A stretch of 64,000 nucleotides of DNA from a virus (IMGVR_UViG_3300031088_000008:192001-256000), one strand, 5' to 3'. Counted from the first letter of the stretch, positions 9,321-18,566 are shown. Notes: generated from the letters alone by a model not told the origin. Numbers and translations are program-made.

Positions 9321-9350
9321 TATTTAAGGAGATTTTCCACCCATTAAATA
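9321..9350. promoter_or_regulatory. Back-to-back TAAATA late-promoter boxes
   Basis: TATTTA 9321-9326 and TAAATA 9345-9350. Confidence 0.6.
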
Positions 9351-9354
9351 GGCT

Positions 9355-9585
9355 GTGGATGACCTTTTTGAATATCCCCCGCAAACTAGATCGATCAGGG
9401 TTCAGTTGCCTATGGTCAAGAGTTCCATGCACCACTATGCGGTTCGCACCTGGCTATTGGAGCAGACTTGGCAGGAATATGAAGACTGGATAATTGGTCG
9501 AGAGAGTTTTCACACCGGCATTTATGAGGTGTGGTTTACAGATGTGGGCAAGGCAGTATATTTCAAACTATGTTTCAGTATCTAG
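9355..9585 (+). CDS. FKLxW-family protein (divergent)
   Basis: Ends AVYFKLCFSI. Confidence 0.75.
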   Translation: MDDLFEYPPQTRSIRVQLPMVKSSMHHYAVRTWLLEQTWQEYEDWIIGRESFHTGIYEVWFTDVGKAVYFKLCFSI

Positions 9586-9821
9586 ACCGCAGGCTTGAAT
9601 ACTACTTCAGCCACTACATGGAACTGCCCTACAGCTTTCGCGGTCACTTCTTCCACAACCTATCCCAACGAGACACCGTGGTAGATCAGCTGGAAGAGAT
9701 GCTGCTCTCTTATGGCATCCGTGGGTGGGATTATCTTCTAATAGTACAGCAGGATCGTTTCTGCGTGTATTTTCAAAAACACAGTGCCGCAGTGCGGTTT
9801 TATCTAAATTGGTATCTGTGA
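9570..9821 (+). CDS. FKLxW-family protein (degenerate motif)
   Basis: Ends AVRFYLNWYL. Confidence 0.7.
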   Translation: MFQYLDRRLEYYFSHYMELPYSFRGHFFHNLSQRDTVVDQLEEMLLSYGIRGWDYLLIVQQDRFCVYFQKHSAAVRFYLNWYL

Positions 9822-10097
9822 AGCTTCTTTGGGGCGTCCTGAAGCATTCCAACATAAAAGAAACAACTGGGCAGTGCGGCGCTCTCCGAACTGAAATATC
9901 CGCCCCACATGCTCCATACCCGCGTCGGGACCAAATTCTCCATAGGTAACATAGGGGCGATACCAATTTACCAGCCCCCAATCCCCGCCATGGGCATCCA
10001 GCCACTCCTGTACTTTTTCGGACAGGCAACGTGTTTTGGCGCGCTTGGCTCCAAAGACACCGTTGTTGGCAAAGTGGACTGCTACTTCGTAATTCAC
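9804..10097 (-). CDS. FKLxW-family protein (degenerate motif)
   Basis: GTGA overlap; AQLFLLCWN. Confidence 0.75.
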   Translation of the reverse strand: MNYEVAVHFANNGVFGAKRAKTRCLSEKVQEWLDAHGGDWGLVNWYRPYVTYGEFGPDAGMEHVGRIFQFGERRTAQLFLLCWNASGRPKEASQIPI

Positions 10098-10330
10098 GGG
10101 TTCGCCAAAGAGTCCAGGCCATAAAAGCTCAACTTGAACATGGTCGCCCATGAAGCCTCCCGAAAACAATAGACCCTGAGGTCGCCAACTTCCTGAAAAT
10201 AATCCATGTAATCAACGGCGTTCATGTGAAGCCAGGCATCCGCCCTTGCCTCGAGCGACATGTCATACTCTGGAAGACCAACCTCGTGGGGATAGTCGGC
10301 TTGGATCATGCGAATATAGGCATTGGGCAT
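10094..10330 (-). CDS. FKLxW-family protein
   Basis: ATMFKLSFYG. Confidence 0.8.
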   Translation of the reverse strand: MPNAYIRMIQADYPHEVGLPEYDMSLEARADAWLHMNAVDYMDYFQEVGDLRVYCFREASWATMFKLSFYGLDSLANP

Positions 10331-10614
10331 TAGATGCTCCCACACCAGCGAAGCTTGAACAGCATGGCCGCATTGGCATCCGAAAAGCCAATTATCCGAC
10401 CACGTGCTGGATCACCTTTGGGCAAATTGTTGTTCCACTGTCGCCAGTAGCCCTGCAGGTTTTCCTCGCACCAGTCCCACACTTCATCGCGGATTTCATA
10501 TCCATCGGGAAACTTTGTGGCGCTGTGGTTGGTCCTCAGGTACTCTTTCCATTCAATGTACCGACACACCCGGTCATTGCTGTATGGTACGCTGATTGTG
10601 ACCTCAAATTCCAT
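10330..10614 (-). CDS. FKLxW-family protein
   Basis: AMLFKLRWCGSI. Confidence 0.85.
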   Translation of the reverse strand: MEFEVTISVPYSNDRVCRYIEWKEYLRTNHSATKFPDGYEIRDEVWDWCEENLQGYWRQWNNNLPKGDPARGRIIGFSDANAAMLFKLRWCGSI

Positions 10615-10632
10615 GCCACGTCCTAGCAGTCT

Positions 10633-10917
10633 TTAGCCCCAAGTCAACTTGAACAAGAGTGCCTTGTTGGGATCCTTAAAGTAGAAGTTGGTATCGGTAA
10701 CCAACAATGGAATGTCGTTTCTCCACATTCCAATCTCCCTCATGGTGTTCTTGGGGCCAACGTGTTCTATGAGCCAGTTCAAGACGTCTTCCCTGAGATG
10801 CAGGGATTTGATACGAAAGCCGTTTTCATCCACGATGGACCACACGCATTGGTTGGCAATGTTGGCGCAAAACCATCCGTTCTCGTCTTCGTCATCAAAG
10901 ACGCCAGGATTATTCAC
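10633..10917 (-). CDS. FKLxW-family protein
   Basis: ALLFKLTWG. Confidence 0.85.
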   Translation of the reverse strand: MNNPGVFDDEDENGWFCANIANQCVWSIVDENGFRIKSLHLREDVLNWLIEHVGPKNTMREIGMWRNDIPLLVTDTNFYFKDPNKALLFKLTWG

Positions 10918-11185
10918 TGGCCCACCTCATCTTAAACAGCTGGGCGTCCCGCATCTCGGCAAAGAACCAAATGATGTGCTCGTCAATCGTCCTAAGACCC
11001 ATCTTGCTACCAGAGAGAACATCCTCTTTGGTCAGGATGGCGCCCGTTCGGACCAGCATTAGGTCGTAGTCGCCCTCGATGGTTGCAAGCCAGGCATAGA
11101 TCTCGTCAAGCCATGTCCCACGATGTTCCTGGCTATCTGGATTAGGAACAGGCATCATCACGCAATGGCCGGTAAAAACTGTCAT
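10910..11185 (-). CDS. FKLxW-family protein
   Basis: AQLFKMRWASE. Confidence 0.85.
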   Translation of the reverse strand: MTVFTGHCVMMPVPNPDSQEHRGTWLDEIYAWLATIEGDYDLMLVRTGAILTKEDVLSGSKMGLRTIDEHIIWFFAEMRDAQLFKMRWASE

Positions 11186-11472
11186 AGAAACTTCAACTTG
11201 AAAAGAGCCGCGCGGCCTCGATCACTAATGGACAAGTGCCAGTGATCATAGACATTACACCAGAGTTGATATGTACTCGATCCAATAACCAACAGGGCAT
11301 CATCACTTAAAAAGTACCAGGGAGCCAGGCCGATACTCTTAGGCTTCATAATTTGGGCACTGCTCACACATAGGCGGTCAGTTGGCGGATTGAAATGGTC
11401 GTGACTGTACCAGAGCCACCCATCTTTGTTTATGGTGTCAATGCGATGTGGTAGCATGAAGGTTGTGCTCAT
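11182..11472 (-). CDS. FKLxW-family protein
   Basis: AALFKLKFL. Confidence 0.8.
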   Translation of the reverse strand: MSTTFMLPHRIDTINKDGWLWYSHDHFNPPTDRLCVSSAQIMKPKSIGLAPWYFLSDDALLVIGSSTYQLWCNVYDHWHLSISDRGRAALFKLKFL

Positions 11473-11475
11473 AGC

Positions 11476-11739
11476 TCAGGCATTCTGTATGTGGTGATAC
11501 CATCGAAGCTTGAAAATCATACCATCGCTGTTCTTGTAGAAGAGGATGTGGGTCTCAAACACCTGTGCCTTTTGGTGCTTTCCCTCGGAAGCCTTTTCGT
11601 TGTGCTTCCACTCCAATCCATACTCCGTGATCCCGCTATCGTCGAGCCAATCCTGAACTTCATAGGGGAGACGAGGTGGTGCGAGTTCCTCGTTGCGGTT
11701 TCCCCACACGTGGTAATCTTTGATAATGAACTGAATCAT
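11476..11739 (-). CDS. FKLxW-family protein
   Basis: GMIFKLRWY. Confidence 0.85.
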   Translation of the reverse strand: MIQFIIKDYHVWGNRNEELAPPRLPYEVQDWLDDSGITEYGLEWKHNEKASEGKHQKAQVFETHILFYKNSDGMIFKLRWYHHIQNA

Positions 11740-11960
11740 CGATACCACGCCAGCTTGAACAACATGGCGTCCTTTCGATCTTTGAACAAGATGTCCTGCT
11801 GAAGGTGGTCAGGATCTGCGCTCTTGTGCTGATTGTCACCAAACTTCATCGTAACGCGCAGCTCATGCCCAGCCGCATGTAGCCAAGCCAAAAGAGCCTG
11901 AAACTCCAAGCGGTGAAGCCGGATGGTTACCTTGTTGGGAAAGTCTTTATTTCGCACCAT
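11736..11960 (-). CDS. FKLxW-family protein
   Basis: AMLFKLAWYR. Confidence 0.85.
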   Translation of the reverse strand: MVRNKDFPNKVTIRLHRLEFQALLAWLHAAGHELRVTMKFGDNQHKSADPDHLQQDILFKDRKDAMLFKLAWYR

Positions 11961-12255
11961 GGTCCCACCTCAACTTGAACAACATTAGGTCTCGACGAAA
12001 ACGAAAGTAGATGGGACGCATCCATCGTGGACCTGTGATGTCTATGAGACCAGTACCATCGGGACTTTCAACCCACCATCGACCACGAGGCAATTTGTCC
12101 AGCCACGCCCTAACATCTTCCCTCAGAGGATAGGCATCATAGTCGTCATATTGCTCGTCTTCAATTCGATCAAAGAATTCACTGGACCACTCGGCCACGG
12201 CACGCCATGCTCGCCCCTGGGCAATAAAGGATTTCCAGGAGTGGTGCGTTTCCAT
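11947..12255 (-). CDS. FKLxW-family protein
   Basis: LMLFKLRWDHGAK. Confidence 0.85.
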   Translation of the reverse strand: METHHSWKSFIAQGRAWRAVAEWSSEFFDRIEDEQYDDYDAYPLREDVRAWLDKLPRGRWWVESPDGTGLIDITGPRWMRPIYFRFRRDLMLFKLRWDHGAK

Positions 12256-12275
12256 ACCTGTACCGTAAAGCCAGG

Positions 12276-12494
12276 TTAGGCAAAAGTCAACTTGAACAAC
12301 ACGGCTGCCTGTGGATCGTCGAAGTGAAAGAGAATGGTATCCAGGCCAAAGGAAACGTCCCATCCATTATAGACCCTATTGGGATCCTTGCTCGCAAGGC
12401 AGAGCTCGGGAAAGTGGGCTATCAACCATTCAGCAGATTCCCTGTAGGTGCTCTGCCAATTTCCTCGATCAGAGATTTCCACCGTTACAGCCAT
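12276..12494 (-). CDS. FKLxW-family protein
   Basis: AVLFKLTFA. Confidence 0.85.
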   Translation of the reverse strand: MAVTVEISDRGNWQSTYRESAEWLIAHFPELCLASKDPNRVYNGWDVSFGLDTILFHFDDPQAAVLFKLTFA

Positions 12495-12721
12495 GAGAGT
12501 TTGAACAGCATGGCTGCCTCTCGGTCCTCGGTCTTAAAGCAGAAGTGACGCAGGAATGGAAATGGTGCGATACCCGAGGTGTCCACATTGGAACTCCAAA
12601 TGACATCAAGCGCCCGGTCGTCAAACCATTCGGCTATCTCAATCCAGTGATCATCGCTCTGATCCATTGGCATGCTGACGATTACGGGATGAGTTTGCAT
12701 GACCAGTGACATCAAGGGCAT
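12485..12721 (-). CDS. FKLxW-family protein
   Basis: AMLFKLSWL. Confidence 0.85.
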   Translation of the reverse strand: MPLMSLVMQTHPVIVSMPMDQSDDHWIEIAEWFDDRALDVIWSSNVDTSGIAPFPFLRHFCFKTEDREAAMLFKLSWL

Positions 12722-12954
12722 TATGCCCACCTCAATTTGAACATCATGGCATTTTGGGGCTCACGGAACTCAAACATGATCCCCACAAATTCCACATTGT
12801 TGTGGACGCCTGGCTTGCTCACCACGGTGCTAATAGGTCGTTCCTTGACATGTTCCACGGCCCATTCTACCAGATAGGTCTGAACAGCTTTTACCTTGTT
12901 GATCTCTTCATTGATCTCGCGAAGGCGCGCCAGAGATAGTTCAACTTCCCTCAT
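12721..12954 (-). CDS. FKLxW-family protein
   Basis: AMMFKLRWA. Confidence 0.85.
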   Translation of the reverse strand: MREVELSLARLREINEEINKVKAVQTYLVEWAVEHVKERPISTVVSKPGVHNNVEFVGIMFEFREPQNAMMFKLRWA

Positions 12955-13265
12955 GCCCACCTCAACTTGAATAGGACTGCTCTCGAGGGATCACGGAACA
13001 CAAAGAAGGCGTTATCGGTCCGTGTGGCGATCACCCAGCCCCAGTCCTCATGACCCACGCATTGTTCTCCCGAAGAGACGCAACCCGGTCCATCGTTCTC
13101 GCAGTGGTCAAGATGAAAGACCAATTCCACAATGTTGGTCCACCAACGGCTATCACCCAGGCCAACGTTTGCCCGGAGCCAGTCTAGGACTTCCGGCTTT
13201 AGGGTGATACCCATTTCCCAGTTGACCAGTCGCTCATAGGGCAGCTCAACAGTCGCGCTAGTCAT
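12951..13265 (-). CDS. FKLxW-family protein
   Basis: AVLFKLRWA. Confidence 0.85.
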   Translation of the reverse strand: MTSATVELPYERLVNWEMGITLKPEVLDWLRANVGLGDSRWWTNIVELVFHLDHCENDGPGCVSSGEQCVGHEDWGWVIATRTDNAFFVFRDPSRAVLFKLRWA

Positions 13266-13546
13266 CGACCACCAAATGTAAGTTTGAATAGAACAATGGT
13301 ATCAAGGTCCACTTCGTCACCAAAGTAAAAATGTAGATCCTTGCTTCCAAACTGCGCCAGCCATCCAGGAGTGAAGTCCCAGTTCTTGCCTCTGATATCC
13401 CCACCGTTGCCGTTGCTGGGTCCCAGACGCTCTCCCGCCCACATGACTGCATCGGCAATCTTCTCACCACTGGGATCGTGGAGTGTCACGACAGTAACCT
13501 TTGGGAGGTCTATATCGCTGGGAACCCAAAAGACTTGCTGCTTCAT
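13262..13546 (-). CDS. FKLxW-family protein
   Basis: IVLFKLTFGGR. Confidence 0.85.
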   Translation of the reverse strand: MKQQVFWVPSDIDLPKVTVVTLHDPSGEKIADAVMWAGERLGPSNGNGGDIRGKNWDFTPGWLAQFGSKDLHFYFGDEVDLDTIVLFKLTFGGR

Positions 13547-13842
13547 TGTCCACCCCAGCGAAGCTTGAACAACATGGCGTGTTTGGCATCCGCATCATTG
13601 AAGCAGATCATCCGGTGATTCCAGATGCCACCACTTCCCTCTCGACGCCTCTGGTCGTAATTGTAGCTCTTCACGCACCAATGCCCGGGAGGCAATTCCT
13701 TCAACGTGGATCCGCTGGGAATGTACTGGAGGTTCATCTCCTTGGCCCAGGTCTTTATCGCATCAAGGACCGCCACCCAGGGGTTTGAGGTGTCTTCAGA
13801 CAGGTTGTAGATCTGTTTGTCAGTGAGAGGAAAGGTGATCAT
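13543..13842 (-). CDS. FKLxW-family protein
   Basis: AMLFKLRWGGQ; GGAGG RBS. Confidence 0.85.
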   Translation of the reverse strand: MITFPLTDKQIYNLSEDTSNPWVAVLDAIKTWAKEMNLQYIPSGSTLKELPPGHWCVKSYNYDQRRREGSGGIWNHRMICFNDADAKHAMLFKLRWGGQ

Positions 13843-13862
13843 TAATCCTCCCTATAGAGTAT

Positions 13863-14123
13863 CTAGCCCCAAGTCAATTTGAACAGCATGGCAAAATCAG
13901 GATCGTTCTGAAAGTAAAAGACCCACTCATCACTGGTGCGACCAGAAGTCCAACCCCAGCCAACTCTGTCCTCACTATACAGTCGATCGTGCCCGCTCAG
14001 TCCCTTCTTTTCCACACACCAGGAAAGTGCATCATTCAAACTGGCTGTTGGAACGCGGACAAACGTGCAGGAATTGTACCACTCCATGCTCTTGCTCAGC
14101 GTGTCTCCCCAAAGGTCGCTCAC
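13863..14123 (-). CDS. FKLxW-family protein
   Basis: AMLFKLTWG. Confidence 0.85.
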   Translation of the reverse strand: MSDLWGDTLSKSMEWYNSCTFVRVPTASLNDALSWCVEKKGLSGHDRLYSEDRVGWGWTSGRTSDEWVFYFQNDPDFAMLFKLTWG

Positions 14124-14350
14124 TTTCCACCCCACGTTAGTTTGAACAACATGGCATCCCTGGCAAACTCATCAGGAAATACCACCGACCAGTCCTGCTC
14201 ACTGAGGCTGGCATTGGATCGAAAAGGAATTCCTCGACTATCCATAAAGTCAAGCACTTCGGGGCGAACTTTCCAATACCCACCCCGTCGATTTCTTGCC
14301 TCCAACCACTCGCAGGCTTTTGAAAGATCACAGTGAACACGAATACCCAT
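14120..14350 (-). CDS. FKLxW-family protein
   Basis: AMLFKLTWGGK. Confidence 0.85.
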   Translation of the reverse strand: MGIRVHCDLSKACEWLEARNRRGGYWKVRPEVLDFMDSRGIPFRSNASLSEQDWSVVFPDEFARDAMLFKLTWGGK

Positions 14351-14718
14351 CAGGGAATACTCAGCTTGAACAAGAGCGCATCGCTCTTCAATTCAAAGGC
14401 AATCTCACGGATGCTGCGGAACTTGTCGCGTATCTCATCAGTTACCATATTCAGTTTGCGGGCCAACCGCAACTCTTCCTGGTCATCACGGGTAACGGTT
14501 ATCTGTTCAATGGTGGTGAACCGACGATTGTTCACGTAGTACCAGCGACCCTTGCAGTTTGCCTCCAACCACTCAAATACATGGTCGGCAATGGGGACGC
14601 CATAGGTTGCCGGTCGACCATCAGGTCGCCAGCGATGGACCGGAGAAGTCTCCGAGTTGAAACCCTTACGGGAAAAGTACCGGACGCCATAGAGGGGCAC
14701 GAATGTCCACTCAATCAT
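14350..14718 (-). CDS. FKLxW-family protein
   Basis: ALLFKLSIP. Confidence 0.8.
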   Translation of the reverse strand: MIEWTFVPLYGVRYFSRKGFNSETSPVHRWRPDGRPATYGVPIADHVFEWLEANCKGRWYYVNNRRFTTIEQITVTRDDQEELRLARKLNMVTDEIRDKFRSIREIAFELKSDALLFKLSIP

Positions 14719-14948
14719 ATCCAGGTCAACTTGAACAAAAGTGCCACATCCTTGTCCTCTATGGTCACGATACAGTTCTGTGTGTCAAAGTCAATGTCGT
14801 GGTCCCACTTGTTGGGAGCCAGTCGGGCATCTAGCCAGTCGGCTATCTCGGGGTTGAATATCTGATAACTTCCCCAGGGGCTTTCCGTACAGTGGTGTTC
14901 CCTGTAGGCAACCTTATCACTGAGTATGATGCTGTACTCTACGCCCAT
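14715..14948 (-). CDS. FKLxW-family protein
   Basis: ALLFKLTWI. Confidence 0.85.
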   Translation of the reverse strand: MGVEYSIILSDKVAYREHHCTESPWGSYQIFNPEIADWLDARLAPNKWDHDIDFDTQNCIVTIEDKDVALLFKLTWI

Positions 14949-15193
14949 GTGAGTTTGAACAACATGGCAGCTTTGGGATCCTGGAAGGATATGGCATTGT
15001 TGGTGGGTTGCCCATCAACAAAGGCGTAGACCCATATCCACTCACACTCCCCGGACCAACCACCAGCTTGATTTCCTCGTCCCACAAAGGTGGTCAACCA
15101 CTGAAAAACATCCTGGCGAATCCACCATCCACTACTGTAGGGGTGAGTGTCCCTATATAGGATGCTGCTGGGAATGGGGACCACACTATCCAT
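14939..15193 (-). CDS. FKLxW-family protein
   Basis: AMLFKLTWA. Confidence 0.85.
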   Translation of the reverse strand: MDSVVPIPSSILYRDTHPYSSGWWIRQDVFQWLTTFVGRGNQAGGWSGECEWIWVYAFVDGQPTNNAISFQDPKAAMLFKLTWA

Positions 15194-15549
15194 TAGCCCC
15201 AAGCCAGCTTGAACATCATCACGTCTTTACGACGCCGGAAAAGGATCCCACACTCCTCACCAAACTCACTGGGATGCTCGGTGGTCCAGTCCATGTAGTT
15301 CAAGCTATCGTGGAGCCAGTTACGGATATCTGGACGAAGGTAATCGTAGTTGGGATGAAAATCGTAGTTGTGGTTGTGGTCTTCACTCTCGAGGGTAAAG
15401 AGCTCATTGTCATAGCCAAAAGCCGAGTTGCTCTGCCGACCGCGAACCAGCGAGGGAGCATCCACCTTGGGCTTTCCAATGGCGGTCACGCGATAGCGAT
15501 AGTTCCAGGGCCACCAGGGGATACCAATGTCATGAATCTGTATTTTCAT
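15193..15549 (-). CDS. FKLxW-family protein
   Basis: VMMFKLAWG. Confidence 0.85.
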   Translation of the reverse strand: MKIQIHDIGIPWWPWNYRYRVTAIGKPKVDAPSLVRGRQSNSAFGYDNELFTLESEDHNHNYDFHPNYDYLRPDIRNWLHDSLNYMDWTTEHPSEFGEECGILFRRRKDVMMFKLAWG

Positions 15550-15790
15550 CAGCCCTGCTTTCTACGAGAAGAAAAATCAGTTGGGCGGTCCGGCGGTCCT
15601 GAAATGCCAGGTCGTGACGGTAGGAGGGGTTCATAGCCATCCACCAATCACGTCGCCACTCAAGACCCAGTTCCTCAAACCACAGGTCGATCTCCCAATC
15701 GAGATCGCCATTCATATTGGCCCACGTACTTGGCATGATGCTGCTGGGAATGCTTACCAGCCAGGAAGTTTGAGGACGCCGTCTAGCCAT
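15530..15790 (-). CDS. FKLxW-family protein (degenerate motif)
   Basis: AFQDRRTAQLIFLL. Confidence 0.7.
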   Translation of the reverse strand: MARRRPQTSWLVSIPSSIMPSTWANMNGDLDWEIDLWFEELGLEWRRDWWMAMNPSYRHDLAFQDRRTAQLIFLLVESRADENTDS

Positions 15791-15811
15791 CTTCCTCTCT
15801 ATAGAGCAGAA

Positions 15812-16093
15812 CTATAACCAAGTCAACTTGAACAAGAGGGCATCAGAGGCTTCCCGGAAACCAAAGGAAACTCCAATGACTTCTCGGTGAGGCTCCCAAA
15901 CACTGGAGTTTCTATGAAGCAACTCAATGGTAGCGTGGCTACGGGTAAAAGAAGTAAGCCACTCGCATAGCTCATCAGTTGGAACTATCTGGTATCCCCG
16001 GGGCTTTCCCCACTCCAATCCCCGGGGAAGAGAAGTGTGTCGGCGATTGTAATTTCCAAGTGCTCCTGGGAGCATGATCGAGAGTTCATACAT
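15812..16093 (-). CDS. FKLxW-family protein
   Basis: ALLFKLTWL. Confidence 0.85.
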   Translation of the reverse strand: MYELSIMLPGALGNYNRRHTSLPRGLEWGKPRGYQIVPTDELCEWLTSFTRSHATIELLHRNSSVWEPHREVIGVSFGFREASDALLFKLTWL

Positions 16094-16114
16094 AAGCCCA
16101 CTATAGGAGTGGAC

Positions 16115-16459
16115 TTATCCCCACGTCAATTTAAAGAGCACTGCATCGCTCGGGTTAGGAATGTAAACTCCACACTTCGCAGCATAGGTTGCTAGACCCC
16201 AATCTTCATCAGATTCAGGAACCTTGTATATTGAACATAGTTCATAGGCTATGTTGTTAGCAATGAGCCAATTCTTTTCTCGACAAGTTTCGGTGCTATC
16301 CCACCAGAATAGAAATCCAAACTCTATAGAGCCTGCAGGATCCCCTACAAACATGGGTCTGAACTCAAAACTGTCACCGGTGATGTCAAGTAGCTCACGA
16401 TGACTATGCTTGATCGGAAAAATCTGATTGGGGTTCCACCCCGGATGAGGCCGCTTCAA
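16115..16459 (-). CDS. FKLxW-family protein
   Basis: AVLFKLTWG. Confidence 0.85.
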   Translation of the reverse strand: MKRPHPGWNPNQIFPIKHSHRELLDITGDSFEFRPMFVGDPAGSIEFGFLFWWDSTETCREKNWLIANNIAYELCSIYKVPESDEDWGLATYAAKCGVYIPNPSDAVLFKLTWG

Positions 16460-16935
16460 AACAGCGGCCTCATGGACCAGAGGAAGTCGATGGCATTGGA
16501 GATTGTCGAGACCGCGGTAATCTCATCAGAGTGACCTGCGAAACTCAAGTCCATACGGACCACTTTGTTTTTGGAATAAACTGATGCAGTCGATGCACCA
16601 ATCGCTTGTCGTATGGAGGAAGCCTTTGCGCTGGCAATCTGTGGATCTTCATAGAAGCGGTACAGACACACGCGAATAACACTGTTACTTGGGTCACCCT
16701 GAAAAGCGAGCGTGGGCTGTCCTAGCTGAGAAAGGATGGTCTCCCTACCAAGATCACCAGTGGTCTTGCGACACGCTCGAATCCGGTCGTAACCTTTGGC
16801 TTTATCTTGATCTGCCATTTTGTAGCTCTGACCGTTCAGCGTGATAAAGTCTCCCAAGGTCCCTGAGGAGATTCGCTGAAGCAGCGCAATGCTGGCATAT
16901 TCAGTGCATGAATTGATTAGGATTGATTTTGACAT
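16456..16935 (-). CDS. Hypothetical protein (non-family passenger with own promoter)
   Basis: 159 aa ORF; TTGACA-N17-TCTATA upstream at about 17038-17010. Confidence 0.65.
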   Translation of the reverse strand: MSKSILINSCTEYASIALLQRISSGTLGDFITLNGQSYKMADQDKAKGYDRIRACRKTTGDLGRETILSQLGQPTLAFQGDPSNSVIRVCLYRFYEDPQIASAKASSIRQAIGASTASVYSKNKVVRMDLSFAGHSDEITAVSTISNAIDFLWSMRPLF

Positions 16936-17056
16936 GGTGCGGTTCCCTATAAGAGAGGTTAGAGTTGAGTTAGAGTTTCCAACGCCGCACCATTGCGATC
17001 ATCTACCTCCTATAGAACACCGTTAACTCAGTATGTCAATTACGTTTTCTAATTGA

Positions 17057-17323
17057 CTAGCCCCACGTCAATTTAAAGAGCGTGGCAATCGCAGGGTCCT
17101 TGAAGGCGAAGACTACCTGACCAGGAACGACATCATTGCCATCGTCGTAGTCCTGAATGATATCCCACTCATCGACCTCAACGCGCTGCTGGTCTATCCA
17201 CTCCCAAAAGCCATCGGTTGCCCTATAGCCCTCATTGTAGTCGCTGGCCAGATTCCACCACACGACACCGGGTCCCGATGGATCGTAGTGGTCCTCTTTT
17301 ACTATGATGTGAACGTTGTGCAT
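17057..17323 (-). CDS. FKLxW-family protein (acidic)
   Basis: ATLFKLTWG. Confidence 0.85.
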   Translation of the reverse strand: MHNVHIIVKEDHYDPSGPGVVWWNLASDYNEGYRATDGFWEWIDQQRVEVDEWDIIQDYDDGNDVVPGQVVFAFKDPAIATLFKLTWG

Positions 17324-17562
17324 CAGTGGTTCCAAATCAGCTTGAACAACATGGCAGTTCTCCGATCTTCAAAGGTGAACTCATAGGATTCAACACCAAG
17401 GACGAGGTCCTTGGAGAACCCACCAGTCCACTGACCATAGGGATTCTGCTCGCTCAGGACCCGCCCAACGGTCGCCTCAAGCCAGTCCCAAATACCATTC
17501 CTCTCCCCATGGTATGACTCAAAGGGAATCAGTACACGGTATCTAAACTTTTTACGCCGCAT
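17323..17562 (-). CDS. FKLxW-family protein
   Basis: AMLFKLIWNH. Confidence 0.85.
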   Translation of the reverse strand: MRRKKFRYRVLIPFESYHGERNGIWDWLEATVGRVLSEQNPYGQWTGGFSKDLVLGVESYEFTFEDRRTAMLFKLIWNH

Positions 17563-17845
17563 CAATGACTCCATACCAAGTGAGCTTGAACAACATAGCG
17601 GCACGCTGATCGGGAATATCCACGTGACTGTCGCCGCTGATTAGGTCAATGTCCATTCCATAGAAGACATCTCGATCCTCAAGCCACTGATGCATGGTAT
17701 CCTGCAGAACATAGATGGTGCAGAGGTCATCCCACAATCGAACATAGGGGCGTCCACGATGGATACCACAACCCATGTCCAGTTCATAATAGTGGGGGTC
17801 GGACCTGATCTCAAAGAAGTCCGCGGACACAGCTATCTCACTCAC
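17552..17845 (-). CDS. FKLxW-family protein
   Basis: AMLFKLTWYG. Confidence 0.85.
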   Translation of the reverse strand: MSEIAVSADFFEIRSDPHYYELDMGCGIHRGRPYVRLWDDLCTIYVLQDTMHQWLEDRDVFYGMDIDLISGDSHVDIPDQRAAMLFKLTWYGVIDAA

Positions 17846-18093
17846 TGGAAATCATGCCACGTGAGCTTGAACAACATAGCGATGCCCTTGTCTTTGAAGC
17901 GAAAGCGAACGCTATTCAATCCCTCTACGGGGCGTTGACTTACCCAAGCATCCCAACCCAGGCCCTCACCAATCACTGGGAAACCCTCCTCCACTATAGG
18001 GACACCATTGGCTGCAAACCACCCCTTTAGAGCAGGTGCGAAGAGGCCCTTCTCAAGAGGAACGCTGGCCGCGAAGGTGTCACTATAGGTCAT
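17842..18093 (-). CDS. FKLxW-family protein
   Basis: AMLFKLTWHDFQ. Confidence 0.85.
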   Translation of the reverse strand: MTYSDTFAASVPLEKGLFAPALKGWFAANGVPIVEEGFPVIGEGLGWDAWVSQRPVEGLNSVRFRFKDKGIAMLFKLTWHDFQ

Positions 18094-18116
18094 CTTTTCT
18101 CTCTATAGAGGAAGAG

Positions 18117-18335
18117 TTAGCCCCAAGTCAACTTGTACAGCATGGCCTTCTGGGGGTCGCGAATACTGACTATCAAGCGGTCATCCAGTTCCTCAGGACG
18201 AACGTTTACGCGCCAAAACCACTCACCAGTAGTGTCCAGCTTGGATAGCGATTGAGCGCCCACATGCTCCAGTAGCCAGTTCTGCACCTCGATGTGAAGT
18301 TCCATCCCTATAGGGAAGTTGTGCCACTCTGTCAT
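18117..18335 (-). CDS. FKLxW-family protein
   Basis: AMLYKLTWG. Confidence 0.85.
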   Translation of the reverse strand: MTEWHNFPIGMELHIEVQNWLLEHVGAQSLSKLDTTGEWFWRVNVRPEELDDRLIVSIRDPQKAMLYKLTWG

Positions 18336-18344
18336 GTTTCCGCT

Positions 18345-18566
18345 CTATAGGGGAAAGGTACACCACGTCAAGTGAAACAGCTGAGCAATCCTCCGCTTCT
18401 CAAAGACAAGGGAATCCACCCCTATCCTGTTGAAATCAAAGTCAAACCACCAGTGAACACCCTCGTGAAAACGGTTTCTGATAAACCATTCCTCTATGTC
18501 GGGAAGCAACTCACTACTATAGGTGCCGATTACCATGTAGGCCTGAACAGGGATGCGGACTTCCAT
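18345..18566 (-). CDS. FKLxW-family protein
   Basis: AQLFHLTWC. Confidence 0.8.
   Translation of the reverse strand: MEVRIPVQAYMVIGTYSSELLPDIEEWFIRNRFHEGVHWWFDFDFNRIGVDSLVFEKRRIAQLFHLTWCTFPL

Noticed and set aside
8854-9435. 193 aa version of the endolysin
   Set aside because: RBS and family N-terminus point to ATG 9294; the extension overlaps promoters and the next gene
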